Assembly: GCA_963789865.1 (NCBI GenBank)
Contig: CAWBMD010000002.1
Location: forward strand, 619,257-683,256
DNA length: 64,000 nucleotides
Direction of reading: 5' to 3'
Source of the DNA: an uncultured Chloroflexia bacterium
Lineage (GTDB): Bacteria; Chloroflexota; Limnocylindria; Limnocylindrales; CSP1-4
In this document: one piece after another, positions 60,076-64,000 of the stretch
Layout of the letters: every line of letters begins with the position of its first letter
How positions within the stretch are numbered: the first letter of the stretch is position 1
Program-made: the position numbers and the translations under genes
Notes under the pieces: generated by a model
Told to the model about the DNA's origin: nothing
What the model saw: only the letters and a program-made list of their open reading frames with translations
The model's database searches: none

Positions 60076-60984
60076 TCACCAGCCGCCCCGGCGCACCAGC
60101 TGGAGCTTGGCGGGGTCGGCGATGATGTCGATCTCCCGGATGCGCCCGCCGGCCATGGTCAGCCCCACCACGCCGATGACCCGGCCCGGCCGCCCGACGA
60201 CGACCCCGGGGCCCCCGTTGACGACAGCCGGCCGGCACAGCGGCGCGAAGATCGGGGCGCCCGACCTCAGGAACTCGGCCACCGGCCGCGACCCGGACAC
60301 CGGGCCCTGCACCGGGCTCGGGCCAGACCCGACGTCGAGCCGCAGAACGACCTCGGGGTCAAGGAGCTCCAGCAGCGCCGCGAAGTCGCCGTCGCGGGCG
60401 GCGGCAAGGAACGGCTCGACAATGCCCCTGTCGGCTGTCGCCCGGTCAGGCGGTTCCGGCGAGGCGTGCCGAACTCGGCGTCTCGCCCGGCTCGCGAGCT
60501 GACGAGCCGCCTCGGGCGATCGCCCGACGATCGGGGCGATCTGGTCGAAGGGCACGGCGAACACGTCGTGCAGGACGAAGGCCAGCCGCTCGGCCGGATT
60601 CAGGGTCTCGAGCACGACGAGCAGCGCCAGCCCGACCGAGTCGGCGCGGACGGCATCCTCCTCGGGCAACTCGTATGCCGAGACGACAGGCTCGGGCAGC
60701 CAGGTGTTGCCGAGGTCCTCGCGACGCGAGCGCCGCGCCCGCAGCTGGTCCAGGCATATCCGCCCGAGCACCGTCGTGAGCCAGGGGCGGATGGTCGCGA
60801 GGTCCTCCGGCTGGGCCCGGTCGAGGCGGAGCCAGCACTCCTGGAGCGCGTCCTCCGCGTCCGCGAGCGAGCCCAGCATGCGGTATGCCATGCCGCGGAG
60901 GTATGGGCGGTGGCGCTCGAACTCGCGGGCCAGCCCCGCTCGCCGATCCCCGCGAGTGACAGGTGCGCCGTCTTGGTTGCTCAT
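60076..60984 (-). CDS. ECF sigma factor with C-terminal SnoaL-like extension (SigJ/ECF41-like)
   Basis: ORF 60076..61077 trimmed to MSNQDG. Region 2 FERHRPYLRGMAYRMLGSLADAEDALQE, region 4 LNPAERLAFVLHDVFAVPFDQIAPIVGRSPEAARQLASRAR, plus an extension of about 110 aa. Confidence 0.85.
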   Translation of the reverse strand: MSNQDGAPVTRGDRRAGLAREFERHRPYLRGMAYRMLGSLADAEDALQECWLRLDRAQPEDLATIRPWLTTVLGRICLDQLRARRSRREDLGNTWLPEPVVSAYELPEEDAVRADSVGLALLVVLETLNPAERLAFVLHDVFAVPFDQIAPIVGRSPEAARQLASRARRRVRHASPEPPDRATADRGIVEPFLAAARDGDFAALLELLDPEVVLRLDVGSGPSPVQGPVSGSRPVAEFLRSGAPIFAPLCRPAVVNGGPGVVVGRPGRVIGVVGLTMAGGRIREIDIIADPAKLQLVRRGGW

Positions 60985-61123
60985 GGTGATACTCACGACT
61001 CCCGGGCCCTGATCGTGACAGGCCCTCGTCGCGGGCAGGTTGTCACATCCCTGGCGGGCGTCGCGTGTCCCCTGCAACGGCCGTCACCCTGGTGTCGACG
61101 GCGAGCGCAAGGAGATCACCCCA

Positions 61124-61606
61124 ATGGTCAGCTCGAACCAGCCGCCCCCGATGCGCGCGCCGAGGCTCGTCGGCGCCTTCAACCCGATCGTCACGCGACT
61201 CATGGGTGCCGGCGTCCGGCTCGGGCCCAACGCGCTCCTGACCGTCCGCGGCAGGTCGACCGGGCTCCCGCGCACCTTTCCCGTCGCGCTCATGGAGGCT
61301 CACGGCCGGCTGTACGTGCAGTCGCCGTACGGAGACGTGAACTGGGTGCGGAACCTCCGGGCCGATGGACGCGCCTTCCTGGCGCGCGGCAGCAGCCGGG
61401 AGGAGGTCGCCGCGATCGAGGTCGCGCCGGAGACCGCCGAGCCCATTCTGCGCGCGGCACTCGCGCCGTATCTGCGGGGCCGGCTGTCGTCGGTGTTCGC
61501 CCGCATGTTCATCCCCCTCCGGGCGGAGGCAACTCGTGCCGAGTACATCGACCACGTGCGCCACCACCCGGTGTTCGAGCTGAGGCCGCGGTCGTCCGCC
61601 GACTGA
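61124..61606 (+). CDS. Deazaflavin (F420H2)-dependent nitroreductase-family oxidoreductase (Ddn-like)
   Basis: AAGGAG RBS followed by ATG 61124. FNPIVTRLMGAG..LLTVRGRSTGLPRTFPV..LYVQSPYGDVNWVRNLRADG. Confidence 0.75.
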   Translation: MVSSNQPPPMRAPRLVGAFNPIVTRLMGAGVRLGPNALLTVRGRSTGLPRTFPVALMEAHGRLYVQSPYGDVNWVRNLRADGRAFLARGSSREEVAAIEVAPETAEPILRAALAPYLRGRLSSVFARMFIPLRAEATRAEYIDHVRHHPVFELRPRSSAD

Positions 61607-61724
61607 GCCGCGTCCCCGGCTTCTGCGACGGGCCTCCGCCGACCTCGGTCCAATCCCGAAGAGACGTGGGCGCACCGCCCGAGCTCACGACGACGCCCCA
61701 GCGTGTGCCCTCGCGATCAGGCTC

Positions 61725-62903
61725 CTACGCGGTGAGCAGGTAGGGTGTCTGGTTCAGCCGCTCGGCTCCGGTGGCCGTCACGAGGAAGCCGTCCTCCACG
61801 CGGAGGCCGCCCCACGGTGCGTTGAAGACCGGGATGTCGACCGAGAGCACCATGCCCTCCTCGAGGGTGGCCGTGCTGCTGGGACCGAAGATCGGCGGTT
61901 CGAACTCGATCAGGCCCACGCTGTGGATGCCCGAGTAGAGGAAGTTGGGGCCGAATCCCGCCTGCTCCATCACCCGGCGCCCGGCGGCCTCGACCGTGCG
62001 GCCCTCGATCCCCGGCCGGATCAGGGCGGCGCAGGCATCCTGCGCCCGTTGCGCGGCCTCGAGTGCCGCCCGGGCCTCGTGACCGGGCTCACCCACGAGC
62101 ACCGGTCGCCCGATTGCCCCGTGATAGCCCTGATACCGGGGGGCGACCGTCAGCACGACCAGGTCGTCGCGCTCGATCTGGCGAAACGTGGCCCGCCCGA
62201 GGATCGGCCGCGAGTTCGGGCCTGACGCCACGATCGTGTCGATCCCCGTCCCCTCAGCGCCCGCCCGGCGCATCGTCGCCTCGGCCTCCGCCGCCACGGC
62301 ACTCTCGGTCACGCCCGGGTGGATCGCCGCCACGGCTGCGTCGAGCCCGGCCGCAGCCAGCCCGTACGTGTAGCGGATCACGGCGATCTCCGCGACAGAC
62401 TTCCGGGCACGCAGGCCGCACACGGCGTGCTCGACATCGACCCAGGTCGCACCCGGCAGCGAGGCCTCAACGGCAGCCGCCGTGGCGACGTCCAGCAGGC
62501 CCCAGCCGGCGATGCCGAGCCTGCGCACCGTCCCCGTGGCGCTCGTCAGCCCGGCCACGATCCCGGCCAGGGTCTCGATGCGGCTGAACGGGTAGTCCTC
62601 GTCCGGGTGCGTGAGCTCGCGGAGCACCCGCACGTCGCGGACCTTCCCCACCCGCAGCGCGTACTGGTCGCTCTCGGGTCCGCAGACGAGGACGGGCTCG
62701 CCGTCGCGCGGCATCAGCACGGCCATCGGCTCGAAATGGACCGGGATGTCGGCCATCCAGCGAATGTGCGCCGGGCCGAACACGGCGCGGTCGTTGCCAT
62801 AGGCGAGGAGCAGGTCGAGGTCCTCGGCCCGCATCAGCGCCTGGACCTGGCGCCACCGTCGAGGGAATTCCTCGGGCGGGATGATGGGTCTCGCGACGTC
62901 CAT
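61725..62903 (-). CDS. M24 family metallopeptidase (Xaa-Pro peptidase/creatinase-like)
   Basis: Tail of ORF 61725..63563 from MDVARPIIPPEE. Pita-bread fold motifs ..DLVVLTVAPRYQGYHGAIGRPV.. and ..GIHSVGLIEFEPP..GMVLSVD..LRVEDGFLVT. Confidence 0.85.
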   Translation of the reverse strand: MDVARPIIPPEEFPRRWRQVQALMRAEDLDLLLAYGNDRAVFGPAHIRWMADIPVHFEPMAVLMPRDGEPVLVCGPESDQYALRVGKVRDVRVLRELTHPDEDYPFSRIETLAGIVAGLTSATGTVRRLGIAGWGLLDVATAAAVEASLPGATWVDVEHAVCGLRARKSVAEIAVIRYTYGLAAAGLDAAVAAIHPGVTESAVAAEAEATMRRAGAEGTGIDTIVASGPNSRPILGRATFRQIERDDLVVLTVAPRYQGYHGAIGRPVLVGEPGHEARAALEAAQRAQDACAALIRPGIEGRTVEAAGRRVMEQAGFGPNFLYSGIHSVGLIEFEPPIFGPSSTATLEEGMVLSVDIPVFNAPWGGLRVEDGFLVTATGAERLNQTPYLLTA

Positions 62904-63074
62904 GATGACCTCCCGACGGCTGTTCGTGGCGACGTCGAGGATGCTATCAGCGGCACCGTGGAGGCCCGGGCTTCGCGCGTCTGCGGTTGCGGCTCGATCC
63001 CCGTTGCGCCTCGTCGTGAACACGGCGCATGATCGGCGCCACGCGTCCCGGCGGACGATCCGTGCGGGCATGGC

Positions 63075-63956
63075 GTGCTGAGCGAGGATCAAGCAGTGGC
63101 CCGACTCCAGGCGAAGTCGCTCGACGATCCGGACGAGGTCCGTCCGACGCCATTCGGGCGCGTCGACATCTACAACCTCGACGACCTCGTCATCGGCAGG
63201 ATGGTGTTCGAGCCCGGCTGGCACTGGATGGAGCACGTCCAGCCGCTGGCCGGCACGAGCCTGTGCCAGTACCACCATGTCGGCATCTGCATCACCGGGC
63301 GCCTCGCGAACCGGCTGGCGGACGGCTCGACGAACGAGATCGGTCCCGGGATGGTCTACGAGATCCCACCGGGCCACGACGGCTGGGTCGTGGGTGACGA
63401 CGCGTTTGTCGCATACGACGTCGCGGGCGTGCGCTCGTTTGCGCGCGCCGACCAGCAGACGCAGCGCGTCCTGGGTGCCGTGCTGTTCACCGACATCGTC
63501 GACTCGACAGCGCTCGCGGAATCGCTGGGGCCCGCCCGATGGCTGGAGCTGGTCGGCATGCACAACGAGAGGGTCCAGTTCGAGATCGACCGGTTCCGTG
63601 GCCGGCTCGTCAAGACGACGGGCGACGGAGTGCTCGCGCTGTTCGACTCATCCGAGCGTGCCGTTCGGGCGGCGGCGGCGATCTGTCGCGCCGTCATCCC
63701 GATGGGGCTGACAGTCCGAGCCGGGATCCACACGGGCGAGGTCGAGGTCGTCGCCGGCGACGTCCGCGGGCTCGCGGTCCACGTGGCGGCCCGCGTGATG
63801 GCGCTGGCCGGCCCGGGACAGGTCTACGTGTCGGGCGGGACGCGCGAGCTCGTCGCGGATTCGGGACTCGAGTTCGTGGACGCCGGGGTCCATGACCTGA
63901 AGGGGGTCTCCGGGGCGCGACAGCTGTTCCGCCTCGCGGTTCCCGAGGAGATCTGA
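63075..63956 (+). CDS. Cupin domain + class III adenylate/guanylate cyclase domain protein
   Basis: Intact ORF. N-terminal cupin-like barrel (..GRMVFEPGWHW..YHHVGICITG..EIPPGHDGWVVG). Then VLFTDIVDSTAL..LVKTTGDGVLA..GLAVHVAARV. Confidence 0.8.
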   Translation: MLSEDQAVARLQAKSLDDPDEVRPTPFGRVDIYNLDDLVIGRMVFEPGWHWMEHVQPLAGTSLCQYHHVGICITGRLANRLADGSTNEIGPGMVYEIPPGHDGWVVGDDAFVAYDVAGVRSFARADQQTQRVLGAVLFTDIVDSTALAESLGPARWLELVGMHNERVQFEIDRFRGRLVKTTGDGVLALFDSSERAVRAAAAICRAVIPMGLTVRAGIHTGEVEVVAGDVRGLAVHVAARVMALAGPGQVYVSGGTRELVADSGLEFVDAGVHDLKGVSGARQLFRLAVPEEI

Positions 63957-64000
63957 CACGCGCGGGTGCCCGTCTCCCAGCCGGTTGCACGTCCGGCCGC

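Overview
A very GC-rich bacterial chromosomal segment: about 75% GC in ordinary genes, by hand counts on sampled 60-nt lines. Gene content looks like high-GC Terrabacteria (Actinomycetota/Chloroflexota-like): F420-linked enzymes, a PIG-L deacetylase, an ECF41-type sigma factor, PT-rich linkers and leaderless-looking starts. I can support about 55 protein genes, 2 tRNAs (Lys-TTT, Arg-TCG), two intergenic tandem-repeat arrays, a few hairpins and promoter-like sites, and one riboswitch-like leader.

Layout:
- 0-5 kb: XRE regulator, F420 reductase, extradiol dioxygenase, a toroid-repeat+GGDEF protein, DUF2252.
- 6-10.3 kb: tandem-META lipoprotein and a ThiY/NMT1-type ABC importer.
- 10.3-11.3 kb: structured leader plus two repeat arrays.
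- 11.3-17.4 kb: FGGY kinase, class-V PLP enzyme, GH25 muramidase, DUF2203/DUF309/rhodanese.
- 17.6-24.1 kb: a six-gene Rieske/cytochrome b6-type operon that starts with a GltD-like NAD(P)H flavoprotein and ends with a cytochrome c-cupredoxin fusion and a Kelch membrane protein.
- 24-31 kb: housekeeping genes (PIG-L, Bcp, thiamine pyrophosphokinase, YbaK).
- 31-42 kb: HTH-GAFx4-GGDEF, LysM, GATase, amino-acid ABC importer, WYL regulator, CAP protein.
- 42-52 kb: HD phosphohydrolase, M23 peptidase, tRNA-Arg followed by two small islets bounded by copies of the tRNA 3' end, VanW.
- 52-64 kb: two convergent cyclase-STAND-TPR paralogues flanking a ferritin-like gene, ECF sigma, F420 reductase, M24 peptidase, cupin-cyclase.

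Caveat that affects the whole annotation: at least 20 genes cannot be read in one frame. Where I checked, the frame changes sit at G/C homopolymer runs. They are strongly clustered (17.5-26 kb and 31-42 kb) and sometimes come in compensating pairs. I therefore suspect assembly indels rather than true decay. I annotate the full gene span and mark these genes as frameshifted.

Most interesting candidates:
1. The NAD(P)H-linked Rieske/cyt b operon.
2. The cyclase-STAND-TPR/ferritin-like locus.
3. The tRNA-Arg tandem att-like scars.
4. The riboswitch-like leader plus the 37-bp and 64-bp repeat arrays.
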